Below the pieces are notes generated by a model. The model saw nothing but the letters and a program-made list of their open reading frames with translations, made no database searches and was not told the origin of the DNA. Both the position numbers and the translations under genes were made by a program. From an uncultured Comamonadaceae bacterium (GTDB lineage: Bacteria > Bacteroidota > Bacteroidia > Flavobacteriales_D > Sanyastnellaceae): a stretch of DNA of 64,000 nucleotides. Where the stretch lies: positions 7,786 through 71,785 of the forward strand of contig CAYMHW010000002.1 of assembly GCA_964390365.1 (NCBI GenBank), read 5' to 3'. Positions 9,910 through 20,908 of the stretch are shown here, one piece after another (the stretch's first letter is position 1; the number at the start of each line of letters is the position of its first letter).

Positions 9910-11901
9910 ATGAAACCGCTGGCCCTCCTTCCTGCTTGGATGATCGCCCTGCTCCTGCCGATGATGGGGGCAAGCCAAACCTATTTTCTCCAAGGAAGCG
10001 CCACGAACACGGGCCCCGACTGCTACCAGCTCACCCCCGCCATCGGCACCCAAACCGGAGCGGTTTGGTACGCTGAGCCGCTGGACCTCACCCAACCGTT
10101 CAACATCGCCTTTGAAATCGGCCTCGGTTCGCAGGACAGCAACGGCGCCGACGGCATCATGTTCGTGCTGCAAACCGACGGCACGGATGCGCTCGGCGAA
10201 AGTGGGGGCGGGCTCGGCTTCCTCGGCTTCACCACCGCCTTTGGCATCGAATTCGACACCTGGCAAAACGGCAATTACGGCGACCCGTTCTACGACCACA
10301 TCGGCTGCGTGAGCGACGGAAGCGTGGACCACAACGCCGCCACGGCCTTCGGCGCGCCCGTGGCCATGATCGCGGGCAACGGCAACGGCGAAGACGGCGC
10401 GAACCACATCGGCCAAATCCTCTGGGACCCCGACTCCGAGTTGATTTCCGTCCTGTTCGACTGCGACTTGCGGCTCACCCAACAAGTCGACCTCATCGGC
10501 GAAGTGTTTGGAGGAACCAGCGAAGTCTTCTGGGGCTTCACCGGGTCCACTGGCGGTTCCTTCAACGTCCAAACCGTGTGCCTCCAAGAAAACAGCCTGA
10601 CCACCCCGCCCGAAGTCACGCTGTGCCCGGGCGACTCCATCCAGTTGAACGTAGTGGGATCCAATTCGGGCAGCTACCAGTGGACCCCCCCGGCCTTCCT
10701 TTCTGACCCCACCAGCTCCAATCCGTGGTGCACCCCGGAAGTGACCACGACCTACACCGTATCCTACACGGGCTTGTGCGGCGACGCCATCACGACGGAG
10801 TACACCATTTTCGTAGAACCCTTGACGTTGGAGTTGGTCCCGCCTCCCCCCTACCAACTCGACTGCAACGCCCTGACGCTGAACCTCCTCGTCAACTCGA
10901 ATTTCCCGGGCGTCGATTACACCTGGACGACGACCGCGCCCGAGGGCTTCCTTTCCTCCGGTGGAGCGTCGGCGGTAGTGAACGCACCGGGTACCGTTAC
11001 GGTGGCGGGGTCCACTGCCGGGGGGCTCTGCACGGCGGAGGAAAGCGTGGAAGTGGTCGCAGATTTCGAGGAGTTCACCGTGGAGCTCATCAGCGATGAA
11101 AGCCAAATCGACTGCAACACCCCCACCCTCGAACTCATCGCCGCACCCTCCAACCCCTCCGCCGAGCTCAGCTGGGTCGCCTCCGGCGGGGCCGCGTTCA
11201 CCGGTTCCGGCGAGCTCCTCACGGTCACCTCCGCAGGGACGCTCACCGTCACGGTGCTCAATCCGTTCAACGGGTGCACGACCACAAATGCCTTCACGGC
11301 CACATCCGACTTCACTCCACCAGCCGTCGAGGCCGGTTCTACGGACACCCTGACGTGCAAGGAGCCCACCGCTGTGGTGCAAGGGGCGAGCATCGGACCG
11401 GCGGGCTACACGCCCAGCTTTTCTTGGACATGGGAAGAAGGAGCCGGCGGAATGACCCAGGTGGACGGCCTTTCACCCATGGCACACGCGCCGGGGTGGC
11501 ATTACCTCGTGGTGGAATTCGAGGAAAACGGGTGCGCGAGCGTGGATTCTGTTTGGGTTTACCAAGATCCGGATGCCGCCGTAGACGCCTCCAGCATCAC
11601 CCTGCCCAACGTTATTTCGCCCAACTCCGATGGCAAGAACGACACGTTCCGACCCTTCCTCATCGACGACCCGGAATTCGAGGTGCTCGGCATCATGGAA
11701 CGGTACACGCTGCAGGTGTTCAACCGCTGGGGGAACGTGGTCTTCGTGAACACGGGGCTGCCGATTCGGTGGGATGGTGCCATGAATTCGGGCAGCGAGG
11801 TAACGGAGGGCACCTACTATGTGCTCGTGGACTACCGCATCACGTGTGGCGGGGTGCAAGAGGGGACGCTGCGGACGGAGCTTGAAGTCGTGCGGCCATG
11901 A
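9910..11901 (+). CDS. L-type (legume-like) lectin domain protein with tandem Ig-like repeats and a T9SS type-B (CHU_C) sorting domain
   Basis: ATG at 9910 (the track start at 9901 is TTG). Lectin blocks ADGIMFVLQ, GGGLGFLG, GIEFDTWQN, DHIGC, FWGFTGSTGG. Three repeats of about 85 aa. C-terminus NVISPNSDGKNDTFRPF...VFNRWGNVVF...GTYYVLVDY. Confidence 0.85.
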   Translation: MKPLALLPAWMIALLLPMMGASQTYFLQGSATNTGPDCYQLTPAIGTQTGAVWYAEPLDLTQPFNIAFEIGLGSQDSNGADGIMFVLQTDGTDALGESGGGLGFLGFTTAFGIEFDTWQNGNYGDPFYDHIGCVSDGSVDHNAATAFGAPVAMIAGNGNGEDGANHIGQILWDPDSELISVLFDCDLRLTQQVDLIGEVFGGTSEVFWGFTGSTGGSFNVQTVCLQENSLTTPPEVTLCPGDSIQLNVVGSNSGSYQWTPPAFLSDPTSSNPWCTPEVTTTYTVSYTGLCGDAITTEYTIFVEPLTLELVPPPPYQLDCNALTLNLLVNSNFPGVDYTWTTTAPEGFLSSGGASAVVNAPGTVTVAGSTAGGLCTAEESVEVVADFEEFTVELISDESQIDCNTPTLELIAAPSNPSAELSWVASGGAAFTGSGELLTVTSAGTLTVTVLNPFNGCTTTNAFTATSDFTPPAVEAGSTDTLTCKEPTAVVQGASIGPAGYTPSFSWTWEEGAGGMTQVDGLSPMAHAPGWHYLVVEFEENGCASVDSVWVYQDPDAAVDASSITLPNVISPNSDGKNDTFRPFLIDDPEFEVLGIMERYTLQVFNRWGNVVFVNTGLPIRWDGAMNSGSEVTEGTYYVLVDYRITCGGVQEGTLRTELEVVRP

Positions 11902-13031
11902 AGCGGTGGGTTGTGTGGGGCATCGGCTTGATGGGAATCGTGGCATGTCACAAACCGGTGCCTGAACCGGAGCCGCCCGTTGTGGTGGAAACGTGGCCGG
12001 AGTTGCCGGCGATTCCGTTTCCGTACAGCGAGGCATCTTTTCCGGAGACGTGGTTGAGCGACCCGGCCATGAATTTGTTTCGGGTGAACGATGCGGACAA
12101 CCCGGTTACCGATGCGGGGGCCACGTTGGGGCGGGTGTTGTTTTATGACCCGCAGCTGTCCTCGAACCTGCGGGTTTCGTGTGCATCGTGCCACCGGCCG
12201 GAACACGGATTCGCCGATGCCGTGGCGGTTTCGGAGGGCGTGGAAGGCGGGGTGACGCACCGCAACTCGATGGCGCTCATCAATTTGGCCTACCAGCGGC
12301 GGCTGTTTTGGGATGCGCGGGAGACCTCGTTGGAAGCGCAGGTCCTGCAACCCATTGCGCATCCGGATGAAATGGGCATGGACCTGGCCGCGTTGCCGGT
12401 CAGGCTGGAAGGGGTCCCGTACTATGCGGAGCTGTTTGCCGAGGCGTTTGGGGATGAGGAGATCACGGTGGAGCGCGTGTCGCGGGCTTTGGCCCAATTC
12501 CTGCGCAGTTTGCAGGCGACCCACTCGCGCTACGACGCGGGATTGGAGAACGGATTCAGCGATTTCACGGCCGAAGAATTGGAAGGCAAAGCGCTGTTTT
12601 TCAATGGCGACACGCGGTGCGCGCAATGCCACGGCACCCTGAATTTCTTCACGCCTTCAGAGCTGATGGTCAACGGGTTGGACGTGAACTACGGGGCTGC
12701 CGGCGATGGCGGGCTCGCTGACCTGACAGGGAACTCGTTGCAGGATGGACTGTTCCGGGTCGTTTCGCTGCGCAACGCGGGGTTGACGGCGCCGTACATG
12801 CACGACGGACGGTTCGCGACGCTGCGGGAGGTGGTGGACTTTTACGCCGATGGCATCCAGCCGCATCCGGGTTTGAACCACCGGCTTTCTGTTCCTGGAG
12901 TGGGGCCCGATGGCCAACCGCCCCTGACGATGGCCTTGGATCACGATCAGCGGGAAGCGCTGGTTGCCTTCCTCCACACGCTTTCCGACACGACCGATTG
13001 GGCAAACTCGCCTTGGGGGTCACCGTTTTAA
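11898..13031 (+). CDS. Di-heme cytochrome c peroxidase / MauG family lipoprotein
   Basis: 377 aa. Lipobox IVAC, heme motifs CASCH and CAQCH, YMHDGRF block. ATGA overlap with the lectin gene. Confidence 0.88.
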   Translation: MKRWVVWGIGLMGIVACHKPVPEPEPPVVVETWPELPAIPFPYSEASFPETWLSDPAMNLFRVNDADNPVTDAGATLGRVLFYDPQLSSNLRVSCASCHRPEHGFADAVAVSEGVEGGVTHRNSMALINLAYQRRLFWDARETSLEAQVLQPIAHPDEMGMDLAALPVRLEGVPYYAELFAEAFGDEEITVERVSRALAQFLRSLQATHSRYDAGLENGFSDFTAEELEGKALFFNGDTRCAQCHGTLNFFTPSELMVNGLDVNYGAAGDGGLADLTGNSLQDGLFRVVSLRNAGLTAPYMHDGRFATLREVVDFYADGIQPHPGLNHRLSVPGVGPDGQPPLTMALDHDQREALVAFLHTLSDTTDWANSPWGSPF

Positions 13032-13038
13032 ATCGCCT

Positions 13039-13938
13039 TCAATTGCGGAAGCGGTCCCAATCGGAGGAGGAAATGATGGGGATTTGGTGAGATTGGCAAC
13101 GGGCGTACTTGGCCGGGCCCATGTATTCGCCGGCCACGACGAATGCGGTGCGTGCGTTCAGGGTGGTTGAGGGCCGAAGGCCCATTGCTCGGGCTTCCAC
13201 TCGGATGCGGTGCTTCTCTGCTTCTGACAGGCCCGAAAGCACCAGCCGGTCTCCGCGCTGAGCTCCTGTGAACGGCTTGGGCGATTCCCAGCGGGTCAGT
13301 TCCACCCCAAACACCCGAGCCGCATCTTGCTTTGCCGGAAGATTCGGCAAGTCGGGCACCTCGAGCTGCAACGGCGTGGAACGCCACGTTGCTGCCTGCT
13401 TGAGCTCGGCAAGGGACTCGACCCCCATCCGCCGCGCCGCAGCGACAACGACGTCTCCGCACGCCCGAGCATCGCTTTCCGGGTCGTGGTGGTCCAGCTC
13501 CAAACCCAACAGGACCGCCATGCGCCTCAGGCCGTGGGCGGCCTGATCCGGCCATACGCGCTTCGCGAGCTGCAGGGAACAGTAGAGTTCGCTCTCAGCG
13601 GGTGGAACCAGGGCGTGGTGGGCAAGGGCGCTGCCGAGGTAGATGGCTTCGGCGGACGGCGCGTTGTGGGCGATCAGGGTTTGGCCTGCAAGACGCGGAC
13701 TGAGCTCGGACCAAACCTCAGCAAACGACGGCGCCTTCATCGCATGCTCCAAGCGATACGGCAGGTTCAGGTACTGCCAAGTCCCCCACTCCGGATGAAT
13801 CGGCCGCACGAGCGACTTGAACGAATCGACCGCTACGCCGTTCTCGAACCACACCACCCCCACTTCGCACACATTGCCCGGAACGCTCGACGCCCACTCC
13901 AAATCAATGCCCACAAAGCTTCCGAACCCGTTCATCAT
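13039..13938 (-). CDS. DEDDh (DnaQ-like) 3'-5' exonuclease fused to a C-terminal BRCT domain
   Basis: 299 aa. ExoI FVGIDLEW, ExoII-like LIAHNAPSAEAIYL, ExoIII HHDPESDARACGDV. C-terminus GDRLVLSGLSEAEKHRIRVEARAMGLRPSTTLNARTAFVVAGEYMGPAKYARCQSHQIPIISSSDW fits the BRCT pattern. Confidence 0.75.
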   Translation of the reverse strand: MMNGFGSFVGIDLEWASSVPGNVCEVGVVWFENGVAVDSFKSLVRPIHPEWGTWQYLNLPYRLEHAMKAPSFAEVWSELSPRLAGQTLIAHNAPSAEAIYLGSALAHHALVPPAESELYCSLQLAKRVWPDQAAHGLRRMAVLLGLELDHHDPESDARACGDVVVAAARRMGVESLAELKQAATWRSTPLQLEVPDLPNLPAKQDAARVFGVELTRWESPKPFTGAQRGDRLVLSGLSEAEKHRIRVEARAMGLRPSTTLNARTAFVVAGEYMGPAKYARCQSHQIPIISSSDWDRFRN

Positions 13939-13968
13939 CAGGACATTGAATTTACGAAATTTTGCGCG

Positions 13969-16521
<2,553 letters not shown>

Positions 16522-16575
16522 TTAACTTGCAGGGTGGTGCGGGCGCGAATTCCACACCGTTTAGCCTTCCTTTCC

Positions 16576-18189
16576 ATGACCCGTTTTCCCTTGTCCGCGG
16601 TAGCTGGTGGCCTGTTCTTCCTGACCAGCTGTTCTTTCTACAACGTCACCACCCAGGTCGAGGTGTTTTCTGCACCGGGCCAAGACAGCGTTGAAGTGTC
16701 CTTGGAGCTGCGGGACTGGGATGAAGTCGAATCCTTCGAATTCCTCGGTTACGATTGGGTGGACGTGGGGTTGGACAATTACGAGGAAGGGCACATTTTT
16801 CGGGCGGAGCGACCGGGATATTTCGCCGATCACTTGCCCGTTTTCCGCGAGCGGAGCAACCGGTGGAAGGGCGTGGATTTGGGGTTAAGCGCTGTGCTGA
16901 CGCGGCCGCTGGTGGAGCACGGCACGGAAGCGTGGGAGGCCCGGCAATGGACTCAGGCGATTTCATTGGGATACAACGTGTTGGGGTTTGTCCTGTCGCC
17001 TTGGCGGGTGTATGACAAAACCTTCACGCTGCCGGAATTGGAGCCCCTTCCGGAGGCCGATGCCGATGCGCCACCGGTTTGGATTGAAGGGGTGCACATT
17101 GCCGTCGCCCCCGGGGACCACGTGACGGAGCACTACCGGAACCGCAATGCGTACTATGCGAATCGTTTGGCCTTCACTTATGCGAACGATGAGGCCTTCG
17201 ACATGGCCTACACCAACCTCGACGAGGACGCGCTCGAACGCCTGTGGGAACAGGGATATCAAGGCCCCAATGGCGGCAGCCTGTTCACCATGGAAGACGA
17301 AATGGTGCTCGAAGCGGCCATCGTGGGCGTGAAGGAGCAGCAAATCGGGAACCTCGCGCAGTACACGGTGCATTCGCGTTGGTGGGTGTACAATCCGTAC
17401 GGGTTGCCGAGCGACACCGTGGATTACTTCACGCGCTCGCCGTGGGGGTTCGCCTCGGGCGTGGAAAGTCCGTTCGACCGGCAGGCGCTGGCCGATGCCA
17501 TGGTGAAGGTTTGTTTCGATGCGGCGGAGAACCCCAAACTGCGGCACGAGGCCACCCGCAAGGACACCTTGGAGGCGATGTGGAAGGCGGACTGGGAGCC
17601 CATCGTCCTGGAAGCCGTAAAAGCGCCTTCGGGAAAGTTGGCGAGCGCGTTGTCTTCCGTCGTGACGATTGAAGACGAGTTGGGGCACGGGAGCGGGTGC
17701 GTGTTATCGAGCGACGGGTTCATTTTGACGAACCACCACGTGGTGCTCGACACGCAGGCGGTGCATACGGTGCATTTTCAGGACGGGACGAGCTTGGAGG
17801 CGGAAATCGTGCGGTACCATCCGCTGTATGATTTGGCCCTGTTGAAAGTGGACACCACGGGGCTGGTTCCGTTTCAGACAGACATGCGGCCTGAAACGGT
17901 GGAAATCGGGGACGACGTGTTTGCAATGGGGACGCCCTATGACGTCGATTTGGGCGCGTCCGTGACGCGGGGCATCGTGAGCGCGATCCGGAAAGATGGC
18001 AAGCGCAACCTGATTCAAACCGACGTGAGCATTTCCCCGGGAAACAGCGGGGGGGCCTTGGTGCGCGGAGACGGCACCCTCATCGGAGTGGTCAACGAAA
18101 AGATCATGGAACTCGGGGTCGAAGGCATCGGGTTCGCCATCCCCTTGCACTTCATCGAAGACGCGCTGATGGTGCGTTATGAACGCTGA
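16576..18189 (+). CDS. Lipoprotein with an uncharacterised N-terminal region and a C-terminal trypsin-like (S1C) serine protease domain
   Basis: ATG at 16576 gives MTRFPLSAVAGGLFFLTSC (lipobox). Catalytic triad context TNHHVV, YDLALLKV, GNSGGAL. The track ORF 13327..18189 is in-frame antisense read-through of ligA. Confidence 0.8.
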   Translation: MTRFPLSAVAGGLFFLTSCSFYNVTTQVEVFSAPGQDSVEVSLELRDWDEVESFEFLGYDWVDVGLDNYEEGHIFRAERPGYFADHLPVFRERSNRWKGVDLGLSAVLTRPLVEHGTEAWEARQWTQAISLGYNVLGFVLSPWRVYDKTFTLPELEPLPEADADAPPVWIEGVHIAVAPGDHVTEHYRNRNAYYANRLAFTYANDEAFDMAYTNLDEDALERLWEQGYQGPNGGSLFTMEDEMVLEAAIVGVKEQQIGNLAQYTVHSRWWVYNPYGLPSDTVDYFTRSPWGFASGVESPFDRQALADAMVKVCFDAAENPKLRHEATRKDTLEAMWKADWEPIVLEAVKAPSGKLASALSSVVTIEDELGHGSGCVLSSDGFILTNHHVVLDTQAVHTVHFQDGTSLEAEIVRYHPLYDLALLKVDTTGLVPFQTDMRPETVEIGDDVFAMGTPYDVDLGASVTRGIVSAIRKDGKRNLIQTDVSISPGNSGGALVRGDGTLIGVVNEKIMELGVEGIGFAIPLHFIEDALMVRYER

Positions 18190-19046
18190 GCCGTGACCAT
18201 GCGGGGTTTCGACTGCAGGTCGCGGTGCACGGTGACGTGGTGCCAACCCGCAAGCAAGTCAGCGACCTCATCGGCGAAAGCTTCGTGGACCTCGAAGGCG
18301 AGCAAACCGCCCGGACGCAAGGCACCGCCCGCGGCGCATTGCTCGACCAACGTGCGGTAGTGGACCAACGGCGCATCATCGGGAACAAAGAGCGCATCGT
18401 GCGGATCGTGTTCCACCACCACGGCATCCAGTTGACGGCGCTCGGAAGCTGGAATGTACGGCGGGTTGCTCACAACAGCATCGAACGGGGGGACAGCCAA
18501 CTGAGCCAGCTCCGCGAATCGGGCGTGGTGCCACGCCACTTCCAACCCCAGCCGCTCTCCGTTTTCGCGAGCGAGTTCCAGCGCCGCTGACGAGGCGTCG
18601 AGGGCCACCACATCCGCTTTCGGCCATCCCGCCTTCACGGCGAGGGCCAAGCATCCCGTTCCCGTTCCGGCATCGCAAACGCGCACGGCTCGATGCGTTC
18701 GCACCCAGTCCAGCACCCAAGCGGCGAGTTCTTCGGTCTCAGGTCGTGGAATCAGCGCCCGGGGGTCGGTTTTCAGTTCCAATCCGTGGAACAGGGTTTG
18801 GCCCAAGACATGCTGCACGGGCCTTCCTTCGGAACACGCCCTTGCGCAATCGGCCAGGCGGTTCAGCTCGGATTCGGAATACACGTGCCCCATGAGGCGC
18901 AAACCGCGGTCCTTGCCCGTTACGTGGCGCAACAGCAACCGCACCACACCGGTCGCCTCCTCCCCTCCGATCCACTCCTCAAGCCAAAGCGTGACCGAAC
19001 GCTCGTCGTTCCGAGCAGGCCAAGGTCCCGTGTGCCGCCCCGCCAT
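18177..19046 (-). CDS. prmC: Release-factor glutamine N5-methyltransferase
   Basis: SAM fold VCDAGTGTGC and NPPY motif (SNPPYIP). I prefer the ATG at 19046, 4 nt after the mgsA stop, over the TTG at 19064. Confidence 0.85.
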   Translation of the reverse strand: MAGRHTGPWPARNDERSVTLWLEEWIGGEEATGVVRLLLRHVTGKDRGLRLMGHVYSESELNRLADCARACSEGRPVQHVLGQTLFHGLELKTDPRALIPRPETEELAAWVLDWVRTHRAVRVCDAGTGTGCLALAVKAGWPKADVVALDASSAALELARENGERLGLEVAWHHARFAELAQLAVPPFDAVVSNPPYIPASERRQLDAVVVEHDPHDALFVPDDAPLVHYRTLVEQCAAGGALRPGGLLAFEVHEAFADEVADLLAGWHHVTVHRDLQSKPRMVTAQRS

Positions 19047-19050
19047 GAAC

Positions 19051-19425
19051 TCAGAATCCCGCAATCAACAAGTGAGCCGTTGCGGCGTTGGTGGCGAGCG
19101 GAATGTTGTGGACGTCGCATTGACGCAGCAACATGTTGATGTCCGGCTCGTGCGGATGCTTGCCCATCGGATCGCGGAAGAAAATGACCGCGTGGACGTT
19201 GCCTTCGGTGATGCGCGCAGCGATTTGGGCATCGCCCCCGAGGGGCCCCGAAGCGAGGCACTCCACCTCCAATCCGATGGACTGCAGACGGCCTCCTGTG
19301 GTGCCCGTTCCGATGAGCTTGAAGCGCTCAAAGAACGGGCGATTCGCGTTCGCAAAATCCACCAAGGCCTGCTTCCGACCGTCGTGCGCAATCAACGCGA
19401 TGCATCGCTGCTCTCCCCCCATCAT
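19051..19425 (-). CDS. mgsA: Methylglyoxal synthase
   Basis: IALIAHDGRK, GTGTTG, DPMGKHPHEPD blocks. The ATG at 19425 forms an ATGA overlap with the amylase stop (the track start at 19437 is TTG). Confidence 0.88.
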   Translation of the reverse strand: MMGGEQRCIALIAHDGRKQALVDFANANRPFFERFKLIGTGTTGGRLQSIGLEVECLASGPLGGDAQIAARITEGNVHAVIFFRDPMGKHPHEPDINMLLRQCDVHNIPLATNAATAHLLIAGF

Positions 19426-20858
19426 TTCCGCGTCCAAATCGCGTACCCTCGGGCAGGAACCTCAACGACTCCATCTTCACTCCAATCCGCGGAGCCGGCA
19501 TACAGGTTCAATTCATTCACCGGCAACGAAACGGATTGCGCAGCATCGCTCAAATTCGCCGCGACGACCACCTCGCTGCCTTCTTTGACACGCCGGTACG
19601 CAAACACGGATTCGTCCGCTTCCGTTGCGAGCAGTTCAGGCCACGCCCCATCGGCTCCATTCCAAAGCGCGGATTCCGCCTCCTTCAACGCATTGAGCTG
19701 CGTGAACAACGGCGCCCAAGCGTACCCGTTCCAGTTCACCGTATCCTTCTCGAAGAACCGAAGGCGCTTCTGGTTGGGCGCTTCTTGGCCCGAATAAATG
19801 AGCGGCATCCCAAACAACGTGCTCGCCACCACCGTCATCGCCTCCGCATTCGCTCCGTGGCGCTCCTCCACCGTGCCCTTCCAAGCGTTTTCGTCGTGGT
19901 TGGTCACGAAGAACATGCGGTAGGCCTCCCGCGGGTAACGCGCCTCCTCGCGCTTCATGAAGGCGCGGAGGCTGTCCAGGGGCCACTCGCCGCCGCCGAC
20001 TTGGTCCATCACGTGCATGCCCTCCCACACGTAACTCATGTCAAACGCGCGCTCGTGGTGCTCGGGCTTGTCCGCCTCCGCAAGCATGAACACGTCCCGC
20101 TTCACCTCTTCCATGGCGAGCCGCGCTTGGACCCAAAACTCGGTCGGCACCTTCTCCGCCACATCGCACCGGTACCCGTCGATGTCCGCCTCCACGATCC
20201 AGTACAACATCGCGTCCTCCATCGCGGCGTACAAGCCGTTCTCCTTTCCGTTCTCCCAGTCGAGTTGGGTCACATCCCACCAGTCCGTGCCCGTGGGCGG
20301 CTGCAACTCCCCAAGCGAATCGAGCAAGAAGTACTCGCGATGCTCTTCCGTCCACTTGCTGTCGAACGCGGTGTGGTTCGCCACCCAGTCGAGGATGACC
20401 TTCATGCCGAGCTCGTGCGCGCGGTTCACGAGGGACTTGAAATCCTCCAACGTCCCAAATTCGGGGTTCACGCCTTTGTAATCCCGCGCACTGTAAGGCG
20501 ATCCGAGGCTTCCGCTGCCCGGCTCTGCGATGTAGTTGTTCGCATTTTCGCCCCCTTTTCGGTTTTGTTCTCCGATGGGATGAATGGGCATGAGCCAAAG
20601 GATGTCAGAGCCCAAAGAGCGGATGCGGGGCAAGTCCGCTTCCAACGCCTTGAAGGTGCCCTCGGGCGTATGCTGGCGGACATTGACTTCGTAGATGGAG
20701 GCGGACCGGGCCCATTCGGGGTGCACGAGCACCTCGGGGTCAATGGCCGTGCCTTCCGAAACATGAGCCACGGAGGTGGGCTCCTTCACCGCGGCCTCGC
20801 CGCAGCCCGCAGCAATCGCCAAACCTGCAGCGACCGCCCAAATCATTCCTTTTTGCAT
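19422..20858 (-). CDS. GH13 alpha-amylase family lipoprotein
   Basis: 478 aa. Lipobox AAGC. GH13 regions DWVANH, DGYRCDVAE, FVTNHDE. Confidence 0.88.
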   Translation of the reverse strand: MQKGMIWAVAAGLAIAAGCGEAAVKEPTSVAHVSEGTAIDPEVLVHPEWARSASIYEVNVRQHTPEGTFKALEADLPRIRSLGSDILWLMPIHPIGEQNRKGGENANNYIAEPGSGSLGSPYSARDYKGVNPEFGTLEDFKSLVNRAHELGMKVILDWVANHTAFDSKWTEEHREYFLLDSLGELQPPTGTDWWDVTQLDWENGKENGLYAAMEDAMLYWIVEADIDGYRCDVAEKVPTEFWVQARLAMEEVKRDVFMLAEADKPEHHERAFDMSYVWEGMHVMDQVGGGEWPLDSLRAFMKREEARYPREAYRMFFVTNHDENAWKGTVEERHGANAEAMTVVASTLFGMPLIYSGQEAPNQKRLRFFEKDTVNWNGYAWAPLFTQLNALKEAESALWNGADGAWPELLATEADESVFAYRRVKEGSEVVVAANLSDAAQSVSLPVNELNLYAGSADWSEDGVVEVPARGYAIWTRK

Positions 20859-20862
20859 GGCG

Positions 20863-20870
20863 CGAAGTTA
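20863..20870 (-). promoter_or_regulatory. Candidate -7 box TAACTTCG 4 nt upstream of the amylase ATG
   Basis: Reverse strand reads TAACTTCG-CGCC-ATG, in an AT-rich 50-nt gap after parC. Confidence 0.35.
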
Positions 20871-20908
20871 GCTGATTTTTTTGATTAAGTGTAAAAACGA
20901 CACCAACC

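Noticed and set aside
7204-11382. Long minus-strand ORFs 7204..9501 (765 aa) and 9616..11382 (588 aa)
   Set aside because: They are antisense to the TonB-dependent receptor and the lectin/T9SS gene, which have clear family motifs. The products are Arg/Pro/His/Val-rich with no recognisable motifs.
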